64,000 bases of DNA from Spirochaetaceae bacterium (GCA_965224705.1 OZ245056.1:2464001-2528000), one strand, 5' to 3'. Counted from the first letter of the stretch, positions 9,003-19,833 are shown. Translations and numbers: made by a program. Notes: generated by a model not told the origin, from the sequence alone.

Positions 9003-11453
9003 TCAGACTCCAGGATCATGACAGGGAACAGTATTCCAGATTTCAGCTGCATATTCTCTGATTGAACGATCGGAACTGAATCTTCCACTGCCGGCAATGT
9101 TGTGCAGGGCCATTTGATTCCATATCTCCCGATTTGTCCATGTCAGATTTGCTTTTTTTCGTGCTTCACGGTAGGAAGCAAAATCGGTTAATACGAAATA
9201 GTTGTCAGCAGCATTTCCTTCCACTCCATGAACCAGGGAATCATACAATTCCCTGAAGTCATCGCCTGAACCAAGGGTTCCATCGACAAGAGTGTTTAAT
9301 GCACGTTTAAGCATGGGATCTGATTCAAGTATGGCGGCAGGATTGTTTTCTTTTGAATTACGGAGGGCGGCAACTTCCTCAGGAAGCATTCCGAAAATAA
9401 AAGCATTGTCCTCGCCGACTTCGTCAACGATTTCAATATTGGCACCGTCCATAGTGCCCAGGGTAACGGCTCCATTCATCATGAATTTCATATTGCCAGT
9501 CCCTGAAGCTTCTTTTCCGGCAGTGGATATCTGCTGAGATATTTCTGCACCTGGGAAGAGTATCTCGGCAACACTCACCCGGTAATCGGGGATAAAAACA
9601 ACTTTGAGACGTTCGGAGTTTTTTTTATCGTTGTTAATGATATTGGCCGCAGTATGAATCAGATGGATGATTTGCCTGGCTCTTCTATAACCTGGTGCTG
9701 CTTTACCCCCGAAAAAAATAGTTCGGTGCGGTATCATCAATTCCGGATTTTCCTTGAGAATCAACCAGTCGTGTATGACTGAGAGAATGTTCATCAGCTG
9801 ACGCTTGTACTCGTGAAGACGCTTTATCTGTACATCAAACAAGCTGGATGGATCAATGATCTGACCGGTGAGTTGTCGGGTCAGACTGGCCACCCGTATT
9901 TTGTTGATCTGTTTTATTTCGCCCAGATTCAGCAGTATGGCCCTATCACCGGCCAGAGATTTCAGATTCCTGAGCAGTGACAGGTCTTTTGTCCATTGGG
10001 GTCCAATTGTTTCATTCAAAAAACTTGCCAGGGAGGGATTGGCTTTTCTCAACCAGCGTCTCTGCGTAACACCATTTGTTTTATTGTTGAATTTGTCCGG
10101 CCAGAGTTTGTACCAGTCGTTGAGCACACTGGTTTTGAGGATCTCTGTGTGTATGGCGGCAACTCCGTTGATGCTGAAAGAGGCCACAATAGCCAGATGA
10201 GCCATTTTGATCATTCCATCAGCCAGTATGGACATTCTATGATGCCGTTCTCTTTCTCCAGGGACTGTTTTAATGAGTAAGGCCATGAAACATCTGTTAA
10301 TCTCTTCCACAATTTGTATAAGACGTGGACACTCCGCACGAAAAAGGTCAATACTCCATTGCTCCAGTGCTTCGGTCAGAACTGTATGATTCGTATAGGC
10401 AAAGGTTCGAGTGGTTATCTCCCATGCCTGATCCCATTCCAATCCTTCAATATCCAGAAGCAGCCGCATGAGTTCAGGTATGGCGATTACGGGATGGGTA
10501 TCGTTAAGCTGTATAACCGCCTTTTCTGGAAATAATGAGAGGTCTTCACCATAAACAACATGGTATTCCCGGATGATATCCTGCAGAGATGCGGAAGCAA
10601 AAAAATACTGTTGACGCAGCCGTAAAACCTTACCGGCCGGATTGCTGTCATCAGGGTAGAGTATTCTTGTAAGATCTTCCGCCCTGTTCTGAAATTCCAC
10701 AGCTTTCTGATATTCTGTGCTATTGAACAGCTGGAGGTTAAATCCATCCACTGATTCAGCTTCCCACAGTCTCAGGGTATTGATGGTTCCAGTTTTCCAG
10801 CCAATGACAGGCATATCACAGGGTATGGCCCGTACATCCTCCGTATCCACAAGTCTGAACCTGGGTGTACCATCAGAGTTTATTTCACTGACCACGCGTC
10901 CTCCAAAAGGCACGATGACCATTTGATCAGTTCGGCGTATGGACCATGGATCGCTTTTGGCCATCCAGTCATCGGGTTCTTCCACCTGCCTGCCGTTGAT
11001 TATTTCCTGTCGGAACATTCCATACCTGTAGCGTATGCCATATCCACGGGCTGGCAGGTTGAGAGTGGCCAGTGATTCCATAAAACAGGCGGCCAGACGG
11101 CCAAGGCCTCCATTGCCCAGCGCTGCATCCGGTTCAGCATCCTCGGCGGCATTGAAATCAACATCTATTTCCTCGAAAGCCGCGGTAATATCATCTCTCC
11201 AGCCAAGATTGATGAGATTGTTTCCCAATACGCGACCGATGAGGTATTCCGCAGAAAAGTAATATGCCTTCTTCAGTCCGAATGAATGCACATGTTTCTC
11301 GACATCTCTCCACTGATTCCAGAGCAGATCCATGATGGCCCTGGAAACAGCTTCATAGATATCTCTGGAACTCGCTCCAGCAGTTCCATCTCCTGTTTTT
11401 CTATCAATCCAATAGTAAAATCGATCCAGGAACTTCTTCTTATCCAGTTTCAT
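9003..11453 (-). CDS. glgP: Glycogen/alpha-glucan phosphorylase
   Basis: LGNGGLGRLAAC, QLNDTHP, KRLHEYKRQ, EASGTGNMK motifs. Confidence 0.97.
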   Translation of the reverse strand: MKLDKKKFLDRFYYWIDRKTGDGTAGASSRDIYEAVSRAIMDLLWNQWRDVEKHVHSFGLKKAYYFSAEYLIGRVLGNNLINLGWRDDITAAFEEIDVDFNAAEDAEPDAALGNGGLGRLAACFMESLATLNLPARGYGIRYRYGMFRQEIINGRQVEEPDDWMAKSDPWSIRRTDQMVIVPFGGRVVSEINSDGTPRFRLVDTEDVRAIPCDMPVIGWKTGTINTLRLWEAESVDGFNLQLFNSTEYQKAVEFQNRAEDLTRILYPDDSNPAGKVLRLRQQYFFASASLQDIIREYHVVYGEDLSLFPEKAVIQLNDTHPVIAIPELMRLLLDIEGLEWDQAWEITTRTFAYTNHTVLTEALEQWSIDLFRAECPRLIQIVEEINRCFMALLIKTVPGERERHHRMSILADGMIKMAHLAIVASFSINGVAAIHTEILKTSVLNDWYKLWPDKFNNKTNGVTQRRWLRKANPSLASFLNETIGPQWTKDLSLLRNLKSLAGDRAILLNLGEIKQINKIRVASLTRQLTGQIIDPSSLFDVQIKRLHEYKRQLMNILSVIHDWLILKENPELMIPHRTIFFGGKAAPGYRRARQIIHLIHTAANIINNDKKNSERLKVVFIPDYRVSVAEILFPGAEISQQISTAGKEASGTGNMKFMMNGAVTLGTMDGANIEIVDEVGEDNAFIFGMLPEEVAALRNSKENNPAAILESDPMLKRALNTLVDGTLGSGDDFRELYDSLVHGVEGNAADNYFVLTDFASYREARKKANLTWTNREIWNQMALHNIAGSGRFSSDRSIREYAAEIWNTVPCHDPGV

Positions 11454-11462
11454 TCTCTTCTC

Positions 11463-12782
11463 TCATAAGATTTCTGCATGCTCATCAATGATGCGGATGT
11501 TTACAGCATTCCCGTTCACGAAGGGCATGGCTTTAATGTTTTCAAATGCTCTTGTGATATCTTTCACCCTGGCTTCATGGGTAGTAAGGACAACCGGGAC
11601 ACAATCCCCCTCGTGATATTCTTTTTGTACAAAAGAATTAAGGCTTATATTTCTTTCAGCCATTTCAGTTGCGATTTTCGCAACAACACCACTTTTGTCC
11701 TCTACATCGAAACGCAGATAATGTCGGTGGGTGGTGTTCTGCATATCAGCCAGTTTTATCGGCTCATGTTGATCTGGCCAGAGAGGTAGCTTCTGAAACA
11801 GAACAGGCCAGGTTCCTATGACAATGGAGAGAATATCCGATACAGTAGCAGAGGCTGTGGGGTTTCCACCAGCACCCCTGCCATAGTACATGGTATGCCC
11901 TACGGCATTGCCATAGACACTTATCGCATTGAATGGCCCTGAAACAAAGGCAAGAGGGTGGTCGTCAGGGAGAAATACAGGTTTGACCGCCATTTCCAGA
12001 CCCTGATTGGACCGGCGGGCAAAGGCAATGAGTTTGAGAATGTAACCAAGTTCCCTGCCCGTGGTTACATCGAATAAATCAAGATTATCTATTCCTTCAA
12101 CAGGTATGGCATTCAGGGGAATAATCCCGCCGAATGCAAGAGATGCCAGCAGGGTGAGTTTGTGAGCTGCATCGGTTCCATTAACATCCAGTGCGGGATC
12201 GGCTTCTGCAAGTCCATCAGCCTGGGCCTGTCTGAGGGCTTCCTCATAGGTTTTTCCGTGTTCCACCATTTCGGTCAATATGAAATTAGATGTTCCATTG
12301 ACGATACCATATAAGGCGTCGTTTGTGTTGGCTGACAATCCATCGCTCAGAGCTTTTATTACAGGTATTCCACCGGCACAGCAGGCTTCCATTCCAATGC
12401 TGACATTGTTTTCCCGTGCCAGTTCAAAGAGTTCTGTGCCGTGATGGGCCAGGAGGGCCTTGTTCGCCGTTACTACGTGTTTTCCCGCTTTTAATGACTT
12501 TTCAATTATGTTTTTTGCATGGGTGACTCCTCCGACAGTTTCCACTACGAGGTGAATAGAGTCATCTGCCAGAACTTCATCCAGGTTTCTCGTGAACAGG
12601 TTTTCGTCAAGGCCAGCTTCCCTGGCTTTGTTAAATGTTACACTGATCAGGGCTTTGATGACCAGTTTTCTCCCCGTCAAATTATTGAAGCGTTCACTGT
12701 TTTCGTTTAACAAAGCTGCAGTAGCATTGCCGACTGTACCGCATCCTGCAATGGCTATACCAAATTCTTGAGAATTCTCCAT
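11463..12782 (-). CDS. hom: Homoserine dehydrogenase with ACT domain
   Basis: GCGTVG, VVTANKA, GGIPVI, NGTSNFIL, GRGAG motifs; GGAGG before ATG 12782. Confidence 0.95.
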   Translation of the reverse strand: MENSQEFGIAIAGCGTVGNATAALLNENSERFNNLTGRKLVIKALISVTFNKAREAGLDENLFTRNLDEVLADDSIHLVVETVGGVTHAKNIIEKSLKAGKHVVTANKALLAHHGTELFELARENNVSIGMEACCAGGIPVIKALSDGLSANTNDALYGIVNGTSNFILTEMVEHGKTYEEALRQAQADGLAEADPALDVNGTDAAHKLTLLASLAFGGIIPLNAIPVEGIDNLDLFDVTTGRELGYILKLIAFARRSNQGLEMAVKPVFLPDDHPLAFVSGPFNAISVYGNAVGHTMYYGRGAGGNPTASATVSDILSIVIGTWPVLFQKLPLWPDQHEPIKLADMQNTTHRHYLRFDVEDKSGVVAKIATEMAERNISLNSFVQKEYHEGDCVPVVLTTHEARVKDITRAFENIKAMPFVNGNAVNIRIIDEHAEIL

Positions 12783-12969
12783 AATACCTCCATGGTGATT
12801 TGAAAGAATGAATGAAGGTGAAATCTTTTTCAAGAGGTTTTATCCCTGAATTAGAAGGATGATGACTGGTTCTCATGTGCAAAACAATGCAAGGGTTGAC
12901 ATGAATTTATGATTTTTTTAGGATTCAGTGACAACTAGAAAATCCAGGATTATGATTACAGGAGCTGAT

Positions 12970-13569
12970 ATGAAAAGTATTTCAGTCATTACAATTCTCA
13001 TTGCAGTTCTTGCAGGCTGTGCAAGTAGTGCGCCGAATGTCACACGGACGTCTTCTGATGAAGTTATCGATTTAAGTGGACGCTGGAATGATACAGATTC
13101 CCGATTGACGGCAGAAACAATGGTGAATTCCATGCTTACTGGTGTGTGGGCAGGCCAGTTTATGTCGGAAGAAGATAGAATCCCGATTGTTATTGTTGGA
13201 CGCATCCGCAACAAAAGTTCCGAACACATTGATTCAGACACATTTGTCAAGGATATTGAACGGGAATTGGTGAATAGCGGCAAGGTTTCCTTTGTTGCAG
13301 CCGGTAAGGAAAGAGAAGAAGTGCGTGCTGAGCGGGAGGATCAACAATCCAATGCTGCTCAATCAACTGCAAAGGCCTTAGCCGCTGAAACAGGAGCTGA
13401 TTTTATGATTCAAGGAATCATAACCAGCCAGACAGATGCTATTGAAGGAAAAAGAGCGACACTCTACAAAGTTGATATGGAACTCATCGATTTAGAGACA
13501 AATCAGAAGGTTTGGATTGATACCAGGAAGATTAAAAAACTTGTAGAACAGAAAAAATCTTCATGGTGA
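12970..13569 (+). CDS. LpoB-like lipoprotein
   Basis: Lipobox LAGC; DLSGRWNDTD, NKSSEHID, GADFMI.G motifs. Confidence 0.8.
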   Translation: MKSISVITILIAVLAGCASSAPNVTRTSSDEVIDLSGRWNDTDSRLTAETMVNSMLTGVWAGQFMSEEDRIPIVIVGRIRNKSSEHIDSDTFVKDIERELVNSGKVSFVAAGKEREEVRAEREDQQSNAAQSTAKALAAETGADFMIQGIITSQTDAIEGKRATLYKVDMELIDLETNQKVWIDTRKIKKLVEQKKSSW

Positions 13570-14981
13570 TATCTTCTTTCGGGTATCGATTAATCCCGAT
13601 AGTTCTTCTCAGCATATCCGTCTCCTGTGCCAGCACAAGGACAGCACAGGAACAATACGCTGAAACCATCCCACTGGTAAGAAAGGGGGAATATCAACGA
13701 GCTGCCGAAATAATCAAAGACGCCAAGGAAGATAGATACAAGGAAAAGGACAGGGTTCTCTATTATCTGGACTCAGGTATGCTCATGCACTGGGCAGGTG
13801 AGTATGAAGAGAGTAATCGATTACTCACTCAAGCTGAAGAAGGAATTGAAGAATTGTTCACTAAAAGCATATCTAAAGGACTCTCATCGGCAGTTCTGAA
13901 CGATAATGCCCTGGATTACTCTGGCGAAGACTATGAGGATGTCTATCTCAATGTCTTTAAATGTTTAAATTACATTGCTTCTGGTGATATTGAGTCTGCC
14001 CATGTAGAAATCCGCAGGGTTCAGATTAAACTCAATCTTCTTGAGGATAAGTACAAAAAACTTGTTGAGGAATACAATGCCTCAGAAGAGGCCGAAGGAC
14101 AGATTGAAGCAAGGGAAAACAGGTTTCACAACGATGTTCTGGCACGGTATCTGAGTCTTCTCCTTTACCGTGCGGAAGGAGCATTGGATGATGCCCGGAT
14201 AGATCTTCAGTCAATAAATGACGCCTGGCTTACTTTGCCTCAGTTATATGATTTCGAAAAACCGCCTCTACCTGCCATTGAGGAGCTTTCTGATGGTAAT
14301 GCTCTGGTTAATTTCATAAGTTTTACCGGATTAAGTCCTGTAAAACTGGCTGATACTCTCAGGATTAACAGCGGCGCAGATAAACTGTTTCTCACCATGG
14401 AAGGACAGGATGAGGAATATGTTAACAGTTTGACAGGTTTTACAGTCCTCCCCGTACCTGGAACAGCCGCAGGAGTCCATTTCAAAATACAGTTCCCCCG
14501 GCTGGAGAGTCGTCAAACATCGGTTGATCGCATCATTGTAAAACTTGATGGGAAATCTATGCATGAAATTCTACTGCTGGAGGATATGGAAGCGATAGCA
14601 AGGGAGACTTTTCTTCTCAAACTTCCTCTTACTGTTGGACGTACAATCATCCGGGCAACTGTAAAACATATTGCAAAAGAAACTGGAAAGGCAGCACTGA
14701 ATCAGGGTTTGAGTGATCAGGGAGTTGGAGGGGCAATTGTCGGCGTTTTGGCTGGTATAGCTGCAGAAGTTGCGGTTGATGCTTCTGAAAATGCGGATCT
14801 CCGCATATCTCAGTTTTTCCCGTCATCAGCATGGGCTGCAGAAATCTCAATTAAACCTGGATCCTACCATGTCAGTCTGGACTATTGGGATGGAGATGTT
14901 CTGCTGGGAACAATTGATCATGGAGTTCGTGAATTTGTTCCCGGGCAGCTTAACTTAGTTGAAAGTTACCTATTGAAATAA
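13563..14981 (+). CDS. COG3014-like TPR lipoprotein
   Basis: Lipobox SVSC; LYYLD.G, YSGEDYE, ADLR motifs. Confidence 0.75.
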   Translation: MVISSFGYRLIPIVLLSISVSCASTRTAQEQYAETIPLVRKGEYQRAAEIIKDAKEDRYKEKDRVLYYLDSGMLMHWAGEYEESNRLLTQAEEGIEELFTKSISKGLSSAVLNDNALDYSGEDYEDVYLNVFKCLNYIASGDIESAHVEIRRVQIKLNLLEDKYKKLVEEYNASEEAEGQIEARENRFHNDVLARYLSLLLYRAEGALDDARIDLQSINDAWLTLPQLYDFEKPPLPAIEELSDGNALVNFISFTGLSPVKLADTLRINSGADKLFLTMEGQDEEYVNSLTGFTVLPVPGTAAGVHFKIQFPRLESRQTSVDRIIVKLDGKSMHEILLLEDMEAIARETFLLKLPLTVGRTIIRATVKHIAKETGKAALNQGLSDQGVGGAIVGVLAGIAAEVAVDASENADLRISQFFPSSAWAAEISIKPGSYHVSLDYWDGDVLLGTIDHGVREFVPGQLNLVESYLLK

Positions 14982-14990
14982 GGAGAAACT

Positions 14991-16049
14991 ATGTCAAATA
15001 CCGGATATGTTGTTCATTGGATCATGATTTCAATCGCTGTGATGAGTATTTCATGTGCATCAGCTCCTCCCGCATCTGTATCTGTTCCCCGTGGAGGTGA
15101 TGCACCGGATTGGGTGAGAGACAAGGATTCTGCCTACCCCGTGGCCCAATACCTTGCCGAACTTGGTGAGGGAGACAGTCTTAAAGGGGCAAAATCCAAT
15201 GCGGCAGGAGCAATAGCTCAGCTTTTCAAAACACAGATAACGGTTGACAGCACAATTCGCACCCGATATAAGGAAATTACAGGTCAGGATGATGCCATTC
15301 TTGATCTAACCACCCAGACAGATATTGATCAGACAATTGGCCAGAGTGCTGATGAATCCCTGTCCAATCTTAGATTTGGAGAATCATGGCAAAATGACAT
15401 GGGACAGGTCTATGTCATTGCTTATCTCGACAGGACTGAGACTGGAAACCTCTACAGGCAGCGCATTCTTGATGACGATAATCGGGTCGTGGAGTTACTC
15501 AATCGTTCACGCAGCCAGGAAGAAGCCCTACGCCGTTATGCTTTCGTCGATGCGGCCCTTGTGATGGCTGAATCAAATATGGTCCTTGTGGAGCAGCTTG
15601 AAATCATTAACCTGCCCATGTCTCGATCCATTATTCACCCGTATGACCTTGGAAATCTTAAGGCGGAGAAAGACAATCTGGCTTCAGAATTAAGAATCAA
15701 ACTGGAAGTAACTGGTGATGACTCTGATCAGGTTGAGGCCGCCCTTTCCGATTGGGTCACCGGCCGGGGATTTTCAATCACACCGGATGGAGATATGTTC
15801 CTGACAGGAGTTGTCAACATCATACCCGTGGAGCTTGATAATGATTATACAAATCTGAATTGGGAGTTGAATCTCAACCTTCTTGACAGCAATGGCATCC
15901 CGGCTGTATCTCTGGCAAACCAGGATCGCTCAACGGGAATAAGTGATTCAGCCGCTGTTTCCCGGGTTTACCAGGATATGACAGGTATGATTCGCAAAAA
16001 ATTTGATAAGGCCTTTAATAAGTATCTTAATTCTTTCCTGGATAAATAG
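14991..16049 (+). CDS. LPP20-domain lipoprotein
   Basis: Lipobox SISC; PDWV followed by G.G..A..NA..IA. Confidence 0.7.
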   Translation: MSNTGYVVHWIMISIAVMSISCASAPPASVSVPRGGDAPDWVRDKDSAYPVAQYLAELGEGDSLKGAKSNAAGAIAQLFKTQITVDSTIRTRYKEITGQDDAILDLTTQTDIDQTIGQSADESLSNLRFGESWQNDMGQVYVIAYLDRTETGNLYRQRILDDDNRVVELLNRSRSQEEALRRYAFVDAALVMAESNMVLVEQLEIINLPMSRSIIHPYDLGNLKAEKDNLASELRIKLEVTGDDSDQVEAALSDWVTGRGFSITPDGDMFLTGVVNIIPVELDNDYTNLNWELNLNLLDSNGIPAVSLANQDRSTGISDSAAVSRVYQDMTGMIRKKFDKAFNKYLNSFLDK

Positions 16050-16051
16050 CA

Positions 16052-16938
16052 TTGCAGGATAAACGGGGGCTTTTCGCTTTTCTGGCGGCATTTTTTTTTT
16101 ACTTATCTTCCCGGTCAGGCCTGTTTTCTCACGGGATGCACGACAGATTTTTGATACCCTGCTTCAGGCCTATCCTGAGAAGATTTCCAATGTAAGTTAT
16201 CAGGATGGGGAATGGAGTTTTATGATCAGGGAAACTCTGCTTTTCTGGGCTGATGGTCGATTACTACCTCTCAGTGATAAGAATCAGGAAGAAAAGTATT
16301 CTCCATACCATTTTTACCAGAGCCCAGAAGAAATGCCGCTTATCCGAACACTTTCCAGGAGTGAACAGCACAGGATTCAGGAGGGTATTAAGCGTCAGGA
16401 ATCCAGGAAGTATCCGCGACACCCAGCTTTTCTTAACTCACTATGGGGTATGAAGGATTTCCAAACTGCTGAAAACACTGTTCAATCCATTGTTTTTCTT
16501 GGAAAGGATATCCTGGTTCATCCAGAAATAGTTGAAAAACTTGCCCTTGTTGAGAAAACAATCAGGAAATTGGCATCCCATGATGAAACAGTCGGAATCT
16601 GGTTGAAAAGCCTGTCAACCATTGGAGCTTATGTCTGGAGAGATGTTGCAGGTTCAGCAAATCGGAGCCTTCATTCTTATGGTCTGGCCCTGGATCTGAT
16701 TCCTGAGGATTATGGAGGCAAACAGGTTTACTGGCGATGGTCCAGGTTCTATAATCCCGAATGGTGGGCAATACCTTATGAGGAGAGATATTTTCCTCCA
16801 GAGTCTGTAATCCTTGCTTTCGAAAAACAGGGATTCATCTGGGGAGGAAAATGGTTCTTCTTTGATCAAATTCACTTTGAGTATCGTCCGGAATTACTCA
16901 CCAGTCGTGATCATTTGAAGAAGAATTTACAGGATTGA
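16052..16938 (+). CDS. M15 family cell-wall metallopeptidase, frameshifted at a T10 tract in the signal peptide
   Basis: SLHSYGLALD and WGGKW..FDQIHFEYRPE motifs; catalytic frame open back to 16063 without a start until 16222; TTG 16052 signal peptide is in another frame. Confidence 0.8.
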
Positions 16939-17138
16939 GAACAGTGAAGGTGCAAAGCAGTATCCCTCCGCCACCCTTCTGTCCCAGGTGCATTCATTAC
17001 TTCGTTACATGGGACGTCAATTTCCCAAGGGGGTGTCGGCTGTTTGGCATTAAATCCCGTCAATTGCCCAGTACTGAAGTCCGCATGGCCAATGGTATTG
17101 ATTGCCCCTCATTTCAGAAGAAGCAGCACTTGAAATAA
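16935..17138 (+). CDS. Small 4-Cys protein (CxxC..YFVTWD..FPRGC..FG.KS..LPS..C)
   Basis: Recognisable small conserved family, function unclear; overlaps the upstream stop. Confidence 0.7.
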   Translation: MRTVKVQSSIPPPPFCPRCIHYFVTWDVNFPRGCRLFGIKSRQLPSTEVRMANGIDCPSFQKKQHLK

Positions 17139-17167
17139 AAGCTCTTTCTCCTGCTCAGGCTTAGGGG

Positions 17168-17173
17168 TATAAT
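17168..17173 (+). promoter_or_regulatory. -10 box 6 nt upstream of the ychF ATG (possibly leaderless)
   Basis: TATAAT-gacagt-ATG; no Shine-Dalgarno. Confidence 0.55.
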
Positions 17174-17179
17174 GACAGT

Positions 17180-18283
17180 ATGAACTGCGGAATCATTGGT
17201 CTTCCAAATGTTGGTAAATCAACAATATTTTCAGCCCTGACTTCAGTGCCCGCTGAGGCAGCCAACTATCCTTTCTCCACGATTAACCCGAATGTTGGAA
17301 TTGTGGATGTTCCTGATCCTCGTCTTGATCGAATTCATGAAATCATCAAAGCTGATAGGCGGGTTTTTGCTACAACAGAATTTGTGGATATTGCCGGTTT
17401 GGTAAAGGGTGCGTCTCAGGGCGAAGGACTGGGAAACCAGTTTCTTGCGAACATCCGTTCTGTGGGTATCATCGCCCATGTCATCCGATGCTTTGAAAAT
17501 GATGACATTGTTCATGTTGACGGCAAACTCAATCCAGTCAACGATGTGGAAATTGTCAATACGGAACTTGTTCTGGCCGACCTTCAAACTGTTGAGAAAC
17601 GACTCGAAAAAAACAGCCGTCAGGCGAAGGCTTCTGATCCAAAAACACGGCAGGAAGCACTGGCTCTGACGGAATTGCTGAGCAGAGTGGAAGCCCATCT
17701 GCAGGAAGGGATGCCAGTCCGGAATATGCTGCTCGACAGTTCTGATTCTGCCCGTCTTAAAGAATTGTTTCTGCTGACTGCCAAGAAGCAGATATATGTG
17801 TGCAATGTTGACGAGGGCGGAATCGCTAACGAAACACCCCATACTGCCGCCGTCCGGAAAATGGCCGCCGAACAGAATGCTGAAGTTATTGTACTGTCAG
17901 GAAAACTTGAAGCCGACATTGCCTCCCTTGAAAATGAAGAAGAACGGGCACTGTTTCTTGAAGAATCCGGTATAACAGAATCCGGCCTATCATTATTAGT
18001 TAGAAGTGCCTGCTCTTCCCTGAATTTGAGAACATTTTTTACGGTTGGCGGCACTGAGAACCGAGCCTGGACATTTAAAAACGGAGCAATGGCACCCCAA
18101 TGTGCCGGTATAATTCATTCCGATTTTGAACGGGGTTTCATCAAAGCTGAAGTCTTCAATTGTAACGATCTGTTTGATCTTGGCAGTGAATCGTCCGTAA
18201 AATCTGCCGGCAAGCTGCGTCTTGAAGGCAGAGAGTACCCTGTACAGGACGGTGATGTTCTTCATTTCAAGTTCAATGTCTGA
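17180..18283 (+). CDS. ychF: Redox-regulated ATPase YchF
   Basis: GLPNVGKST, ANYPFSTI, DIAGLVKGAS.GEGLGN, IHSDFERGFI motifs. Confidence 0.97.
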   Translation: MNCGIIGLPNVGKSTIFSALTSVPAEAANYPFSTINPNVGIVDVPDPRLDRIHEIIKADRRVFATTEFVDIAGLVKGASQGEGLGNQFLANIRSVGIIAHVIRCFENDDIVHVDGKLNPVNDVEIVNTELVLADLQTVEKRLEKNSRQAKASDPKTRQEALALTELLSRVEAHLQEGMPVRNMLLDSSDSARLKELFLLTAKKQIYVCNVDEGGIANETPHTAAVRKMAAEQNAEVIVLSGKLEADIASLENEEERALFLEESGITESGLSLLVRSACSSLNLRTFFTVGGTENRAWTFKNGAMAPQCAGIIHSDFERGFIKAEVFNCNDLFDLGSESSVKSAGKLRLEGREYPVQDGDVLHFKFNV

Positions 18284-18471
18284 CAGTACTTCTGGTTTCA
18301 CCCTCCCTGATACAGCAATCGGCAGATGGGCTACACAGGCATCATCGTGGGCCAGCCCTGCGCAATCAATCCAGATGGTCCAACTCTGGCGGCAACTCCT
18401 ATATCTGGTTCTTGGGGAAAGGGCAGGGAAGAATGCACAACCTTCCTGTCAGTGCATGTGGAAAAACCTGG

Positions 18472-19833
18472 TTATCGCAAATATCCCAGCCAGTCCTGCT
18501 GCTGATCAATCATGGTATCCACCATTTCAGACATCCCATGGTAGTTATTGACCATCGGACATGCCAGCACCGCCTGAAGTACGAGATTCCGGCTCTCCTG
18601 TAGTATGGCTTCGGCAGTAAGGTCATACACACCCGCATAGCTCCGCATCAGGGCACCAAATCCCTTTGGATAATCATCAAAGTGTACTGGCTGTATTCCA
18701 TTCTTATGTATGATTCCCGGTACCTCCACCGCAATGGAATCAGGAAAGTCGGGAATCGCCCCATTATTAAGAACATTGACCGCAAGCTCCTCATGACCGG
18801 AATCGGTGATGATTCCTTCAATAATGGGAATGACCCGTTCATGGACATCCAGCGTGATTTCAGACCAGGACTGGTTTGAGAGGGCATAACGGTAGAACTC
18901 ATAAAAGTCCATAATCCCCTTATGATCGGCGGCATCCTGGGCCCAGGAAACATACTCGCCAAGATGGCTGTCCAATGTGATGGGAAGCAGTCCATAAGTC
19001 TCAAAAATAGCCCGAAACAGACGTCTGTCCGTCCAGGGGCGTTTGCTCTCCTGCCTGTTTATCATCCAGCGTTCATTTGTTCCTTCCGTTCGGGGAACAG
19101 TGCCCGTTTCACGGACGTAGTCCCAGATATCAGTAAACCCTGGTTCCTTTTCAAAGAAGGCAGGTGCCTTGTGCCTTATGTCGGGATAAGCATCTTTTCC
19201 GCTGTCAATATAATGGGCCTCAAGCAAAACGGAGAAATGATTCAAGCCTGCTGCCCTGACCTGAAGATTTTCCAATCCGGTGTCCAGGATGGCGGGTAAA
19301 TAACGTTCGAGAGATGCGATTTCATGACACAGTCCAATAAATCTGAGATCTGGATACCTGCGAAGCACTGTTGTGGTGATGGCCGTCATGGGATTTGAGT
19401 AGTTGAATACAATGGCATCGGGACAGTGTAATTCCACATCGCCGCAGATTTCCAGGATGGGAGGAATGATGCGCAGGGCGTGAAAAATCCCGCCGGGACC
19501 GCCATTCTCCCCATAAACTTGATTGACACCGAACTGCAGGGGAGTCTTCCAATCCTGGTCCCAGAGTGTAAATCGATCGCCCACTTCAATGGAAATTATG
19601 ATGAAAGCGGCTCCTTTTAGAGCCTCAGCCCGGTCAGTGGTGGCTGAAAGGGTGAATTCCAGACCATGTTTCTCAATGAATTCACATCCTTTTTTGTATA
19701 CGGCATCCAGAGCCATGCCATTGATGTCCAGCAGAACTAATTCCGTTCCCCTGAGTACCGAACTCTGAAATACTTCACCCATTGTTCCTAAACCGAATTG
19801 GGAACTTCCTGCTCCAATGAGAACAATTTTCAT
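18472..19833 (-). CDS. GH4 alpha-glucosidase/alpha-galactosidase
   Basis: IGAGS, GENGGPGG, NYSNP, GLCHE, AGLNHF motifs. Confidence 0.9.
   Translation of the reverse strand: MKIVLIGAGSSQFGLGTMGEVFQSSVLRGTELVLLDINGMALDAVYKKGCEFIEKHGLEFTLSATTDRAEALKGAAFIIISIEVGDRFTLWDQDWKTPLQFGVNQVYGENGGPGGIFHALRIIPPILEICGDVELHCPDAIVFNYSNPMTAITTTVLRRYPDLRFIGLCHEIASLERYLPAILDTGLENLQVRAAGLNHFSVLLEAHYIDSGKDAYPDIRHKAPAFFEKEPGFTDIWDYVRETGTVPRTEGTNERWMINRQESKRPWTDRRLFRAIFETYGLLPITLDSHLGEYVSWAQDAADHKGIMDFYEFYRYALSNQSWSEITLDVHERVIPIIEGIITDSGHEELAVNVLNNGAIPDFPDSIAVEVPGIIHKNGIQPVHFDDYPKGFGALMRSYAGVYDLTAEAILQESRNLVLQAVLACPMVNNYHGMSEMVDTMIDQQQDWLGYLR

Noticed and set aside
18284..18471. Small gene or remnant between ychF and GH4
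   Set aside because: No frame gives a recognisable protein or a good start.
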